NCBI GenBank assembly: GCA_040756235.1
Contig: JBFLZG010000152.1
Span: forward strand, 1-56,189
Direction of reading: 5' to 3'
DNA: 56,189 nucleotides
From: a bacterium
GTDB lineage: Bacteria; Desulfobacterota; DSWW01
Below are positions 37,769 through 48,036 of this stretch, piece after piece. Numbering within the stretch: the stretch's first letter is position 1; every line of letters begins with the position of its first letter. The translations under genes and the position numbers were made by a program. The notes beneath the pieces were generated by a model. That model searched no databases. It was not told the DNA's origin and saw nothing but the letters and a program-made list of their open reading frames with translations.

Positions 37769-39196
37769 CTAGTAATGCAGCGTCACGCTCACCCCTCCGT
37801 GCAGGAGGTTCCCGCCCAGGGTCAGGTCCCTCCCGTAGAGAGCCGGGTCCTCCTTGTGGTAGGTCCGCCGGGCAAGTTGGATGTACTGGATATAGGCGTC
37901 GAGGGTGAGCGGCTTCTTCCAAAAGACAAGCCACCGAATTCTCGAGAAGGTGTAGCCGGCCCCGAGCGAAGCGATGTGCCGGTCGCAGTCCAAGTAGTTC
38001 GACGCCCGGGTCTGGTCGGGGACCGGAGTCGGCTGAAACGCGTAGCCTGCCCGCAGGGCGATCCCGTTGCGAAACGTCTGCTCCAGCCCGAGCCGGGGCG
38101 TCCAGGTGTCGTGGAATCCGATGGCGGGCCGGTACCACATCGGATCCAGGTAGTCGGACCAATCGGCCCAGGTGAGGTCCAGGGCGATCCTCAGGGAGTT
38201 GAAGAGAGTGAAGGCCGAGCCGGCGCTCACCTGGTTGGGCTTCCAGAAGTGGACGTAGTGGATCTCGCCCAGAACCGCGAGTTGGAGGCGCGCGGAAGAC
38301 TCGCCCGAGAAGTCCGTGAACCTCAGCAGGATGTCCTGAGTGCCCACGGTCTCCCCGTAGATCCTTCCCCGGTACGTCAGCCCCAGGGTGAGCCAGGACA
38401 GGGGTTGGAGCCGGACCCCGGCGATCGGGCTGACCTTCAGCTCGGTGTCGCGCATGATGCGGGGCCGCACCTCCTTGGTGAGGTCGCCGAGGTGGGCCAG
38501 GTAGGGCAGCACGGTGCGGATGTCGACGTCGGCGACCGCCTCGTTGGGCGCTCTAAGGTCCGCGAGAAAATTGCCGCTCACGCCGACCGACAGCCACGGC
38601 GTGATCTCCCAGGCCAGGCCTGCCAGGATGGCCAAGACCTGGGTGTCATCCAGATAGAAGATGAACTTCCGGTCGGAGCTCTGCCCCGGGATGTCGGCCA
38701 TCAGGGCCCGCTCGATCGGCAGGTACAGGCAGAGTCCCAGCGTCCAGGGGCGGAGCTGGCCGTATCCGGTCAGGTGTCCCAGGTTCGTGGCCACTCCGAG
38801 GAAGGCGGCGCCGGTTGCGTAAAGATGCGGGTGTTCCGTCTCCTCTCCTTCTTGTCGGACGTAGAGCCAGGGTTTTGCCCAGAGCCCGCCCAGGGTCAGG
38901 CTGGATTCCTTCTCTCCGCGCAGCCCGGCCGGATTGTAGTACACGGCGGAGAAGTCGTCGGCCAGCGCGGTGTAGGCACCGCCCAGGGCCACGGCCCGGG
39001 CACCCAGGCCGAGCGAGTCGGCTACGTTGGAATGGGCCGGAGGAACGGCGGGGGGGCAGAACGCACTGATACCCATGAGGCCGAACAGGCCGGTCAGGAA
39101 CCGAAACCGGCGCAGGAGCGTCCGCTCACGAGGAGGACGATCGCTGAATCTCTGAAGCTGGAAAGGTCGCAAGGACGGCCTTTCGCTATGTCTCAT
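37769..39196 (-). CDS. FadL/OmpP1/TodX-family outer-membrane transporter, paralog 2
   Basis: GARAVALGGA...AVYYNPAG; C-terminal VTLHY; start uncertain. Confidence 0.8.
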   Translation of the reverse strand: MRHSERPSLRPFQLQRFSDRPPRERTLLRRFRFLTGLFGLMGISAFCPPAVPPAHSNVADSLGLGARAVALGGAYTALADDFSAVYYNPAGLRGEKESSLTLGGLWAKPWLYVRQEGEETEHPHLYATGAAFLGVATNLGHLTGYGQLRPWTLGLCLYLPIERALMADIPGQSSDRKFIFYLDDTQVLAILAGLAWEITPWLSVGVSGNFLADLRAPNEAVADVDIRTVLPYLAHLGDLTKEVRPRIMRDTELKVSPIAGVRLQPLSWLTLGLTYRGRIYGETVGTQDILLRFTDFSGESSARLQLAVLGEIHYVHFWKPNQVSAGSAFTLFNSLRIALDLTWADWSDYLDPMWYRPAIGFHDTWTPRLGLEQTFRNGIALRAGYAFQPTPVPDQTRASNYLDCDRHIASLGAGYTFSRIRWLVFWKKPLTLDAYIQYIQLARRTYHKEDPALYGRDLTLGGNLLHGGVSVTLHY

Positions 39197-39221
39197 TGGC
39201 CTCCCGCGCTTGGCCCCTGGA

Positions 39222-40574
39222 TTAGAAACGGAAGGTTAGAGTCATTCCCAAATTGATCACGTACCCGTCGGAATCCAGATCCGGATTCCGTACGTACGGG
39301 TTGATCGGAATGGCACGATTGAACTCGTTCTCGTCCAGGAAGTGGTACTGGAAGTAAGCGTCCAGGGAGAGCGGCTTCACGAGGAGCCCCCAGGGCGCCT
39401 GGAACGTATAGCCGATCCCCAGGGAAGGCACGAGCCGATTGTTTCCGATGGGAAAGAACCCCCTCGCCTGGTTGGTCACCGGAGTCGGCTCGTAATAGAA
39501 CCCCAGCCGCGCTTCGACGGCCCGCGTGATCCGGTACAGGATGCCGATCCGAGGGATCCAGACGTCGTTGAATTCGAACTCGAGCCCGCTGTCGGTCGGG
39601 CCGCGGTACTGGCTCCACCGGTGCCACGACACGTCCGCACTCACCCGCAGCCGCTCGGTAACCTTGTACCAGCCTCCCAGGGTGAAGTTCTCAGGGGTGT
39701 ATCCGGACACGTAGCTCCTGCGCAGCGTGGACTCCTCGTAAATGGGCAGGATGAAGTCGGGCGGGCCGAATCGTGTCTGCGTGTACACGGTCCAGTCGGA
39801 ACGGACCTTGTTCTCCTGGCGGTAGACGAAGCCGATCCGGATCCTTTCGCTCGGGCGCACGAGGATCCCCGCCAGAGCGGACGGAGTCCCGAAGCGGGCC
39901 TTGAGATCCACGGCGCTCCCGAGGTTCTCGGTGAGCTGCACGTTGACCGGCGTGACCAGTTGCGAGGCCATTCCGGCGCCCAGGTAGAGGGCCGGCGTGA
40001 TGCGGGTCGACAGCGCCAGGTGAAAGACCAGGTTGCCGTTGCGCTCGTTGAAGATCACGTCAAATGGATAGGTCTCCTCGATGACGCGCGTGGTCGCCAG
40101 GGCCTGGCGGGGAACGAAGATCCCCAGTCCCAGGGCGATCGGAGTCGGCAGCTTCCTGGGCGTGCACCTTTCCAGAGGCAGGAGGAGACCGATGACCGGG
40201 CCGGCAATGGAGTCCAGGCCGGTCGGGTTCCTGGGGAATTGTGCCTGGTCCTCTTTCGGGCCTGTCTCGTAATCGACCGTCAGCTCGGGGATGGCCCACA
40301 GGGCGCCCACCGAGAATTCGATGTCGTGGGAGAGGGCGAGAGAGGCGGGATTGTAGTAGACCGACGACCAACCCTCCGCAGCGGCGGCCATGGCCCCGCC
40401 GGCGGCCATGCCGCGGGCATCGACTCCGAAGGTGTCGAAGAAGGTGGCGTGGGCCGGCCCGGAGAAAAGGACGACGAGCAGCGCAAGGAGGCTCATCCCA
40501 AGCACGGCGCGGCCAAGATTCGAGCTGCTTTCTTTCGCTCTACGGTGCGGTTCGCTGGTGGGTTGCCGTCTCAT
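39222..40574 (-). CDS. FadL/OmpP1/TodX-family outer-membrane transporter, paralog 1
   Basis: DARGMAAGGA...SVYYNPAS; C-terminal LTFRF beta-signal; ATGA overlap with fadD. Confidence 0.8.
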   Translation of the reverse strand: MRRQPTSEPHRRAKESSSNLGRAVLGMSLLALLVVLFSGPAHATFFDTFGVDARGMAAGGAMAAAAEGWSSVYYNPASLALSHDIEFSVGALWAIPELTVDYETGPKEDQAQFPRNPTGLDSIAGPVIGLLLPLERCTPRKLPTPIALGLGIFVPRQALATTRVIEETYPFDVIFNERNGNLVFHLALSTRITPALYLGAGMASQLVTPVNVQLTENLGSAVDLKARFGTPSALAGILVRPSERIRIGFVYRQENKVRSDWTVYTQTRFGPPDFILPIYEESTLRRSYVSGYTPENFTLGGWYKVTERLRVSADVSWHRWSQYRGPTDSGLEFEFNDVWIPRIGILYRITRAVEARLGFYYEPTPVTNQARGFFPIGNNRLVPSLGIGYTFQAPWGLLVKPLSLDAYFQYHFLDENEFNRAIPINPYVRNPDLDSDGYVINLGMTLTFRF

Positions 40575-42361
40575 TCCATGTACATCCGTTCAATCAGGTC
40601 TTTGTATTTCTCACCGACGACGCGTCGTTTGACCTTCAGCGTGGGGGTGAGCTCCCCGGTGTCCTCGGAAAACTCGTTCGGGATCACCGTAAACTTCTTG
40701 ATGGTTTCGTAGCGGGCGAGTTGGGCGTTGACCTCGTCGACCGCATCCTGGAAGAGCTTGGCGATCTCGGGGTGCTCGATGAGCCGCGCGCGCTCTTCCC
40801 ACGCGATGCCCCGGTTTGCGGCGTAGCTCTCGACCTCTGGAAAGTTGGGGGCGATCAAGGCCGTCAGATACTTCTGCCGGTCGCCGATCACGCACACCTG
40901 CTCGATGAACGGGTTCAGCTTGAGCAGATTTTCCAGGTTCTGGGGAGCGATGTTCTTGCCCCCGGCGGTCACGATGATGTCCTTCTTGCGGTCGGTGATA
41001 TAGAGGAAATGGTCCTGATCGAGGTAGCCGATGTCTCCGGTGGCGAACCAGCCGTGCTCGCTCAGGACTTCGCGCGTCTCTTGCGGACGGTTGTAGTAGC
41101 CGCGCATGACGTTGGGACCACGTGTCAAGATCTCGCCGTCCGGGGCGATCTTGACCTCCACGTTGGGCAAGGGCTGCCCGACCGAGCCCAGCTTGAAGTT
41201 ATCCGGCCGGTTGGCCGAGATCACGGGCGCAGTCTCGGTCAGCCCGTAGCCTTCCAGGATCGGGATGCTGGCCGCATGGAAGAACTCCGCGATCTCGCGA
41301 GCCAGAGGGGCGCCTCCGGAAACGAAGAACCGGAGCCTGCCGCCCATGCGTGCGCGCAGCTTGCTGAACACGAGCTGGTCGGCCAGCGCGTGCTTGAGGC
41401 GCAGGCCGGGCAGGATCTCCTTCCTGGCCGAGAGCCGCTGGCTCACCTCATGCCCCACGCCCAGGCTCCAGTAGAAGAGGCGCTTGCGGGTCGCCGGACC
41501 GCTTTCCACCAGATGGAGCAGCCTGGCGTGCATCTTTTCGTACAGGCGCGGCACGCTGCACATCACTGTGGGCCGGACCTCCTGGATGTTCTCCGGGATC
41601 TTGTCGATGCTTTCCGCGTAGGCGATGGTGCCGCCCACATAGAGCATGGTGTAGTAGCCGGCCATTCTCTCGAAGGAATGGCTCAGGGGCAGAAAGCTCA
41701 GCGCCAGATCGGATTCCCGGACGGGAATCACTTCCTTCACGCCGCGAATATTGGAGATGAAATTGTCGTGGGTGAGCATCACGCCCTTCGGCAGGCCGGT
41801 GGTGCCGGAGGTGTAGATCAGGGTGGCGAGATCGTCGGGCCGGACGGCTGCCAGTCTTCTCTCGAATTCGCCGTCCTCCAGACGCTTCTTTCCGCGCTCC
41901 TGCACCTCCCGGAGGGGCACGATCCAGTCCTCCGCATGTTCCTTGCCGGGGTCCATGAGGATGACCTTGTGCAGATGCGGCAGGTTCCCGCGGATCTCCT
42001 CCACTTTCTTCAACTGCTCTTCGGAAGAGACGATCGCGAAGCGGGAGTCGGAGTCGCGAATGATGTGTGCGACCGTTTCCGGGAGGTTGGTTGCGTAGAT
42101 CGGCGCGTCGACGGCGTTGATCGAGAGGATCGCCAGGTCCGCGTAGCTCCACTCCGGCCGGTTCTCGCTGAGCAGCGCCACGCACTCCCTCTCCTCGAGG
42201 CCGAGGTCGATCAGGCCCGAGGCCAGGAGCTTCACCTGGCGTCCGAACTCCTGCCAGGAGATGTCCGTCCAGACGTCGCGGCGCTTGGCCTTGAGAGCGG
42301 TCCTGGGTCCGTACTTCCGGACTCGGTTCCAGAAGATCGCGCCCAGGGTCTTCTCCTCCAT
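40571..42361 (-). CDS. fadD: Long-chain fatty acid-CoA ligase (AMP-dependent)
   Basis: IYTSGTTGLPKG, EGYGLTE, WFATGDIG and ITDRKKDII motifs. Confidence 0.9.
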   Translation of the reverse strand: MEEKTLGAIFWNRVRKYGPRTALKAKRRDVWTDISWQEFGRQVKLLASGLIDLGLEERECVALLSENRPEWSYADLAILSINAVDAPIYATNLPETVAHIIRDSDSRFAIVSSEEQLKKVEEIRGNLPHLHKVILMDPGKEHAEDWIVPLREVQERGKKRLEDGEFERRLAAVRPDDLATLIYTSGTTGLPKGVMLTHDNFISNIRGVKEVIPVRESDLALSFLPLSHSFERMAGYYTMLYVGGTIAYAESIDKIPENIQEVRPTVMCSVPRLYEKMHARLLHLVESGPATRKRLFYWSLGVGHEVSQRLSARKEILPGLRLKHALADQLVFSKLRARMGGRLRFFVSGGAPLAREIAEFFHAASIPILEGYGLTETAPVISANRPDNFKLGSVGQPLPNVEVKIAPDGEILTRGPNVMRGYYNRPQETREVLSEHGWFATGDIGYLDQDHFLYITDRKKDIIVTAGGKNIAPQNLENLLKLNPFIEQVCVIGDRQKYLTALIAPNFPEVESYAANRGIAWEERARLIEHPEIAKLFQDAVDEVNAQLARYETIKKFTVIPNEFSEDTGELTPTLKVKRRVVGEKYKDLIERMYME

Positions 42362-42551
42362 GTACGGCCTTTCCTGCTTGCAGAGTGCGGAGTCCTCAGG
42401 CCCACAAGGCAGGTTCGATCCGCCCAACCGGCCGCCGAAAAGCATGGAAACTCTATAAGAAACCTCTCAGCCCGTCAACAAAACGTTTTACCAACTTCGT
42501 GCGCCGCGTGCGGCCCAGCCTGGGAGCACGGAGCAGAAACGGCTCGCGTTT

Positions 42552-42725
42552 GCAGGCTGTTCAAAAATGCCCGGATGCAAGGCAGGCGAAGCCCTGAGGC
42601 CTGTTCCGAGGAGCGCGCGACGAGGAAACCCCCGGCTGCGGCCTTCCGCCGCAGTACGGTCTACGGGGGATTGCTTCGCTTCGCTCGCAACAGGCTCCGC
42701 AGACGGGCGTTTTTCAACAGCCTGC
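42552..42725. mobile_element. MITE-like dispersed repeat, copy 4 (inverted, longer interior)
   Basis: GCAGGCTGTTCAAAAATGCCCGGATGCAAGGC...CGCAGACGGGCGTTTTTCAACAGCCTGC. Confidence 0.75.
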
Positions 42726-42995
42726 CCAAAAAAAACCGCCGATCTCCGTTTCAGGAAACCGGCGGTACCGGAAGGTGGAAGAAATCAGGGATCCCTTCTG
42801 CTTCTCAGAGCTGCATGGAACAGGGATGATGCGCGTACCGGGCCGCCGCAGAACATTCGCAGCAAGCGCAGCATGGAGCCACCGGGCGGCCTCGCAGGGA
42901 TCCCCTTTGCGATCGTGGAGTGGACCCGTCGCCCTCGTTGCCGCATCCGCTTCCGCATCCGCTTCCGTGTGAGATACGAGGGCCAGATTCCGCGT

Positions 42996-45092
42996 CTAGA
43001 GTGTTCTCGCAACAAGCTCCGCGATGTCCACAACCTCGACCTTTTCTTCCGCTCCTTTCGCCTTGACTCCGTCTTCGAACATGGTCAGACAAAATGGGCA
43101 CGCCGTCCCGATGAGCGACGCTCCGCAGGCGATGGCCGCCTCGGCCCGTTTCTCGTTGATCCGAACGCCGCGCGTTTCTTCCATCCACATCCGTCCGCCC
43201 CCGGCGCCGCAGCAGAAGCTCTTGTGCCGGATACGGTCCATCTCCACCAATCTGGCGCCGGGTACCGCGCTCAGCGCCTGGCGGGGCTCCTCATAGATAT
43301 CGTTGTAGCGCCCCAGGTAGCAGGAATCGTGGTAGGTGAGCGTTCCCTTGAGGCTGGCTCCGTTCTTGAGGGCCAGCCGTCCGGTCCGGACGAGCTCGGC
43401 GATGAGCTGGCTGTGATGGACCACTTCATAGTTGCCGCCGAACTGCGGGTACTCGGCTTTCAGGGTGTTGAGGCAATGGGGACAGAGGGTGAGGATCTTG
43501 TTGAACTTGTAGTTCTTCATGACGTCCACGTTACCCTGCATGAGCGTCTGGGCCAGGTACTCGTTGCCCATGCGCCGGGCCGTCTCGCCGCAGCACATCT
43601 CTTCGGTCCCGAGGATGGCGAAGGAGACCTTGGCGGCCTGCAGGATCTTCACCAGAGAGGTGGTGACCTTCTTGGCGCGATCGTCGAAGGAGCCCGCGCA
43701 GCCGACCCAGAAGAGGTAGTCCGTCTCGCCGACCTCACCCAGGGTCTTGACGTCCAGGTCGCCGACCCAGTCGGCCCTCGTGGAGTACCCCATGGACCAC
43801 GGGTTGTAATTGGTCTCCATGTTCCGGAAGACGCTCTGGACCTCGGGCGGGAACCGGCTCTCGGTGAGCACGAGGTACCTGCGCAGGTCGATGATCTTCT
43901 GAATGTGCTCGACGAACACCGGGCAGTTCTCCTGACAGGCCCTGCAGGTCGTGCAGTCCCAGATCTCGTCTTCGCTGACGACTTCGCCGATCAGGGACTT
44001 GGCCATCGCCGCCCGTTCGGCTTCCGTGAAGAGCCCTTCGGGCTTCCCGGAGACGAGCAGCCCTCCCTTTTCCCGCACGTGCAGCTTCAGGTGGTGCGTC
44101 AGGCGGCTCGGGCTCAGGGGCTTCTGGGTCAGGAAGGCGGGGCAGTTCTCCTGGCAGCGGCCGCATTCCGTGCAGGCGTACTCATCGAGAAGCTGCTTCC
44201 AGGTGTAATCCTGGAACTTGGAGACGCCGTAGCTCTCCACGGTCTCGTCTTCGAGGTCCATCTTGGTCATCTCGCCCTTGGGGCGAAAGGAACGGAAAAA
44301 GATGTTCGGAATGGCGCCGAGCAAGTGGAGGTGCTTGGAAAAAGGGATGTAGATCAGAAACGCGAGAATGATGATGTTGTGGATCCACCAGAAGGCGGCA
44401 TAGAGGGCCTGCTGCGAGTGAAACGCCTCCGCGTCGGCCAACACCGGTCCGCCCAGAAGGAGGGAGACCAGGAAAGAGACCGGCGCCCAGCCGGCCGGAT
44501 CGATGACGGGCTTCTCTTCGTACTGGGCCAGGTTCATCTCCGCGCCGCGCGCCAGGAACATGAAGACGATGAGGACCAGGATCAGGGAGATGATGATCGT
44601 GGCATCCACCTTGGCGTGCGCGTCGTCCGACTGGAGGCGGACGGGCTTCTGGACATACCTGCGGTACAGGGCGATGCCCAGGGCGCCGAGGACGCAGAAG
44701 CTGACCAGATCGATGGCCAGGTTCAGAGGCAGGTAGAGGAAGCCGAGGTGGAGAGGATCCAGCAGCGTGCGGTACGTAAAGCCGGGCCATACGCCCTTGA
44801 CGAAGCCTTCCACCGTCCCGACCGTGATGAGCAAGAAGCCCCAGAAGATCAGGAAGTGGCCCCAGCCCGAAGGCTCGCGGACCACGCGTTTCTGACCGAG
44901 AACGAAGACGATGACGTCCTTGACGCGCTCCGGCAAGCGGTCGAAACGGTTTTCCTTGGTCCCCAGGAGGAGGATCTTGACCAGGCGGGTCACGAGGAAG
45001 GCAAACAGCCCCAAGGCCCCGAAGAAAAGCAGGACGGTGATGATATTGGTGGGCGTGCCTCCCGGAAACCATCCTGGCAAGTGGCCTGTCAT
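42996..45092 (-). CDS. Membrane Fe-S oxidoreductase (FadF/DUF224-type; ETF:(methyl)menaquinone oxidoreductase-like)
   Basis: N-terminal TM helices with His residues; CTECGRCQENCP and CTTCRACQENCP; two CCG domains (CCGE, CCGAGGG); follows etfBA. Confidence 0.88.
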   Translation of the reverse strand: MTGHLPGWFPGGTPTNIITVLLFFGALGLFAFLVTRLVKILLLGTKENRFDRLPERVKDVIVFVLGQKRVVREPSGWGHFLIFWGFLLITVGTVEGFVKGVWPGFTYRTLLDPLHLGFLYLPLNLAIDLVSFCVLGALGIALYRRYVQKPVRLQSDDAHAKVDATIIISLILVLIVFMFLARGAEMNLAQYEEKPVIDPAGWAPVSFLVSLLLGGPVLADAEAFHSQQALYAAFWWIHNIIILAFLIYIPFSKHLHLLGAIPNIFFRSFRPKGEMTKMDLEDETVESYGVSKFQDYTWKQLLDEYACTECGRCQENCPAFLTQKPLSPSRLTHHLKLHVREKGGLLVSGKPEGLFTEAERAAMAKSLIGEVVSEDEIWDCTTCRACQENCPVFVEHIQKIIDLRRYLVLTESRFPPEVQSVFRNMETNYNPWSMGYSTRADWVGDLDVKTLGEVGETDYLFWVGCAGSFDDRAKKVTTSLVKILQAAKVSFAILGTEEMCCGETARRMGNEYLAQTLMQGNVDVMKNYKFNKILTLCPHCLNTLKAEYPQFGGNYEVVHHSQLIAELVRTGRLALKNGASLKGTLTYHDSCYLGRYNDIYEEPRQALSAVPGARLVEMDRIRHKSFCCGAGGGRMWMEETRGVRINEKRAEAAIACGASLIGTACPFCLTMFEDGVKAKGAEEKVEVVDIAELVARTL

Positions 45093-45214
45093 CTGACGTT
45101 CTCCTCATTCCTGCACGACGCCGCGCTACGGCCGGAAGGGAGCAGCCGATCGGCGCCGCCTTTCCGGCACGGCAGCAGTCCTGATCTTGGGGCAGGGACT
45201 TTCAGCGCACGACT

Positions 45215-46207
45215 TCAGTCCTGCGCCTTGAGCTTCTTGACCTCCTCCGTGAGCAGCGGGACGATCTTGAACAGGTCGCCCACGATCCCGTAGTCGGCTT
45301 TCTGGAAAATCGGGGCTTCCGGGTCTTTGTTGATCGCGACGATGACTTTGGAAGTTCTCATTCCGGCCAGGTGCTGGATGGCCCCGGAGATGCCGCACGC
45401 GACGTAGAGGTTGGGGTTCACCACCTTTCCGGTTTGCCCGACCTGCATGGAGTGAACGGCAAAGCCGGAGTCGACCGCCGCTCTCGACGCACCGACCGTG
45501 GAGCCCGGCCCGAAAGCGTCGGCGAGGTCCCAAAGGATCTTGAAATTCTCGGAGGCCTTCATGGCGCGGCCGCCGGAGACGATGATCGTGGCCTCGGTGA
45601 GATCCACGCGCTCCGAAGCTCCCTTGACGATCTCCTTCACGATGGCTTTCAGGTCGGCGCTGGAAACCTTGACTTCCTTCTTGACCACTTCGGCCTTCTT
45701 CGACGCATCCTGCGCGCCTACGGCGAGCACGTTGGGCCGGACCGATGCCATCTGGGGGAACGAATCGGGGATCACGGTATCCACGACGCACTTGCCGGCG
45801 TAGATCGGCCGGGTGGCAACGAGCTTGCCGTTGTCCAGCCGGAGGTCGATGCAGTCACTGGCCAGACCGGTGCCCAGGCGCGCGGCCACTCGGGGCAGGA
45901 GGTCCTTGCCCGTGGCCGTCGCCCCTCCGAGCAGAATGCTGGGCTCGCCCTCGCGGACCGCGTCCGCGATCACCTTCGTGTAGGCATCGGTCGTGTAGCT
46001 CTTGAGAACGTCGGCGTCGAAGACCAGGACCCGGGCGGCTCCGTAGGCGCCGAGACCGGCCGCAAGACCCTCGACCTGGGACCCGAGCAGCAGGACCGTG
46101 ACCTCGTCGCCGAGCGCCTTCGCCTTGGAAATCATCTCGAGGGTGACCTTCTTGAGCTTTCCGTCCCTCTGTTCTGCCACGACCCAGATTCCCTTCGCCA
46201 TTTCCAT
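45215..46207 (-). CDS. etfA: Electron transfer flavoprotein alpha subunit
   Basis: [15 protein letters not shown] and [14 protein letters not shown] motifs. Confidence 0.96.
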   Translation of the reverse strand: MEMAKGIWVVAEQRDGKLKKVTLEMISKAKALGDEVTVLLLGSQVEGLAAGLGAYGAARVLVFDADVLKSYTTDAYTKVIADAVREGEPSILLGGATATGKDLLPRVAARLGTGLASDCIDLRLDNGKLVATRPIYAGKCVVDTVIPDSFPQMASVRPNVLAVGAQDASKKAEVVKKEVKVSSADLKAIVKEIVKGASERVDLTEATIIVSGGRAMKASENFKILWDLADAFGPGSTVGASRAAVDSGFAVHSMQVGQTGKVVNPNLYVACGISGAIQHLAGMRTSKVIVAINKDPEAPIFQKADYGIVGDLFKIVPLLTEEVKKLKAQD

Positions 46208-46269
46208 ATCTCCTTCTGAATTCCGGATTGAGAATGCGAGCGATGATGCGATCTGCGGACGGAAACCTC

Positions 46270-47064
46270 TCAGATCGCCTTGGCTTCCTCACGGAGCAGC
46301 TTGACCAGTTGCGAGGAAACCTGCTCGGGCTCTCCCTCGAGCACCTTTCCGGCCTGTCGTTCGGGGGGCAGGGCGAACTTGGTGATCTTTGCCTTGGAAC
46401 CCTTCTCGCCGACCTCGTTCGCGGAAAGCCCGGCCTTGGCGGCGTCCTGAGCGTCGATCGGCTTCTTCTTGGCTTTCATGATGCCGGGCAGTGAAGCATA
46501 GCGGGGCTCGTTGAGGCCCTTCTGGGCCGCGATGACGGCGGGCAGCGAAGTCTGGATCACCTCCTTGGCCCCTCCTTCGATCTCACGCTCCGCGGTGGCG
46601 CTCTTGCCGTCGGCAGAGATTTCCAGCTTCGTCACGACCGAGATGTGCGGGGCGCCCAGCAGCTCGGCCAGGGCCGCAAAGACCTGGGAGTTGTCATGGT
46701 CGACGGCCTGCTTGCCGGCCAGGATGATCTGGAAAGGCAGTTTCCGGATGGCGGCCGCCAGCGTCTTGGCGGTCGCAAAGCTGTCGGCGCCGTCGAAGGC
46801 GGCATCGAGCAGGTGAACGCCCTTGTCGGCGCCCATGGCCAGGGCCGTGCGGATCGATTCGGTGGCCCTCTGCGGCCCCATCGATACGATCGTCACCGTT
46901 CCGCCGAACTTCTCCTTGATCCGAAGGGCCTCCTCGACCGCGAACTCGTCGTAGGGATTCATGACGTACTTGATCCCTTCCGTCACAATGCCGGTGCCCT
47001 GCGGGTTGATCTGGATCTTCGTTTCGGTGTCCGGAACCTGCTTCATGCATACCACGATATCCAC
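46270..47064 (-). CDS. etfB: Electron transfer flavoprotein beta subunit
   Basis: VCMKQVPDT, NPYDEFAVEEA and NEPRYASL motifs; GTG start with AGGAGG SD. Confidence 0.96.
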   Translation of the reverse strand: MDIVVCMKQVPDTETKIQINPQGTGIVTEGIKYVMNPYDEFAVEEALRIKEKFGGTVTIVSMGPQRATESIRTALAMGADKGVHLLDAAFDGADSFATAKTLAAAIRKLPFQIILAGKQAVDHDNSQVFAALAELLGAPHISVVTKLEISADGKSATAEREIEGGAKEVIQTSLPAVIAAQKGLNEPRYASLPGIMKAKKKPIDAQDAAKAGLSANEVGEKGSKAKITKFALPPERQAGKVLEGEPEQVSSQLVKLLREEAKAI

Positions 47065-47122
47065 GGCCTGCCTCCTTTCGAAAACGGGGATGAGAGTTGG
47101 AACGGAAAAACGGAGACGTCCC

Positions 47123-47776
47123 TCAGCGGAGGGTCGTCGTTTCGCCTACAGATAGATGTTCTGCCGTGCTCGACGTGCTTTCCTTGGCCCGCAGACCGTC
47201 GATGAAAAGCTGGCTGATCTGCTCGATGCACTGCTCGAGGCTGTACTTGGGTTTCTTTGCGAGCACCCAGTAGAGTGACATCTCATCGAGAGCGCCGAAG
47301 ATCGCTCGTTTCGCGACCGTGGGGACGACCTCCGGGCGGATCACGCCTTTTTCTTTCCCCTCCTGAATGATGTCGCCGATCACGTCGAGGTACTGCAGGA
47401 ACCTGACCGGAACGTAACGGCGCATGAACTTGCTGGATTGCCTGAGCTCGATCTGCAGGACCTCGGACAGGTGCTTGTCGTCGCGCAGCCTGAGAAGGTG
47501 CTGATAGACGAAGACTCGGATCTTCTCCAGAGGATCGTCCACCTTCGAGATCTCTTGCTTCATCCGGCGGATGAGCAGGTCCATCCGCTCCTCGAAGAGC
47601 GAGATCAGGATGTCGTCCTTGTTCTTGAAATAAAGATAGATCGTGCCGTCGGCCACGCTCGCTTCGCGGGCGATCTCCGAGACCTTGGCGTTGTAGAAGC
47701 CTTTCTTGGCAAAGACCTTGATGGCAGCCAGAATGATCTGCTCGTGCTTGTTCCGCTCTCGCTCTTTCAGCGCCAT
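47123..47776 (-). CDS. TetR-family regulator, Bacillus FadR/YsiA-like
   Basis: FAKKGFYNAKVSEIAREASVADGTIYLYFKNKDDILISLF and QIELRQS. Confidence 0.88.
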   Translation of the reverse strand: MALKERERNKHEQIILAAIKVFAKKGFYNAKVSEIAREASVADGTIYLYFKNKDDILISLFEERMDLLIRRMKQEISKVDDPLEKIRVFVYQHLLRLRDDKHLSEVLQIELRQSSKFMRRYVPVRFLQYLDVIGDIIQEGKEKGVIRPEVVPTVAKRAIFGALDEMSLYWVLAKKPKYSLEQCIEQISQLFIDGLRAKESTSSTAEHLSVGETTTLR

Positions 47777-47838
47777 GTCCGCCACGTTGTCTATGCAGGT
47801 GAGCAAAGGATCGGCCCCAGAGGGCCGGCGAGTAGAGG

Positions 47839-47856
47839 TGAATGAATCTTCATTCA
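47839..47856. promoter_or_regulatory. FadR/YsiA-like operator palindrome
   Basis: TGAATGAATCTTCATTCA about 60 bp upstream of the tetR start, extended by GTAGAG/CTCTAC arms. Confidence 0.7.
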
Positions 47857-48036
47857 GATCTCTACCACTGAATGGGGCAAATTGTCAAGAACACGTCGCA
47901 GAGGAGGAGACGACGCAGGGAAGGAACGGCGGGCGACCGGGGGTGCCGCCCATTAGGGCAAGGATCGCGGGAGGGTCCGCCGCGCGGTTCTGAGGCCTGT
48001 GCCTCAGGCCCGGGGGGGGGTCGAAGAGCTCCTTGG

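Noticed and set aside
42941..42967. CCGCATCCGCTT tandem repeat
   Set aside because: About two units of low-complexity intergenic sequence with no evident function.
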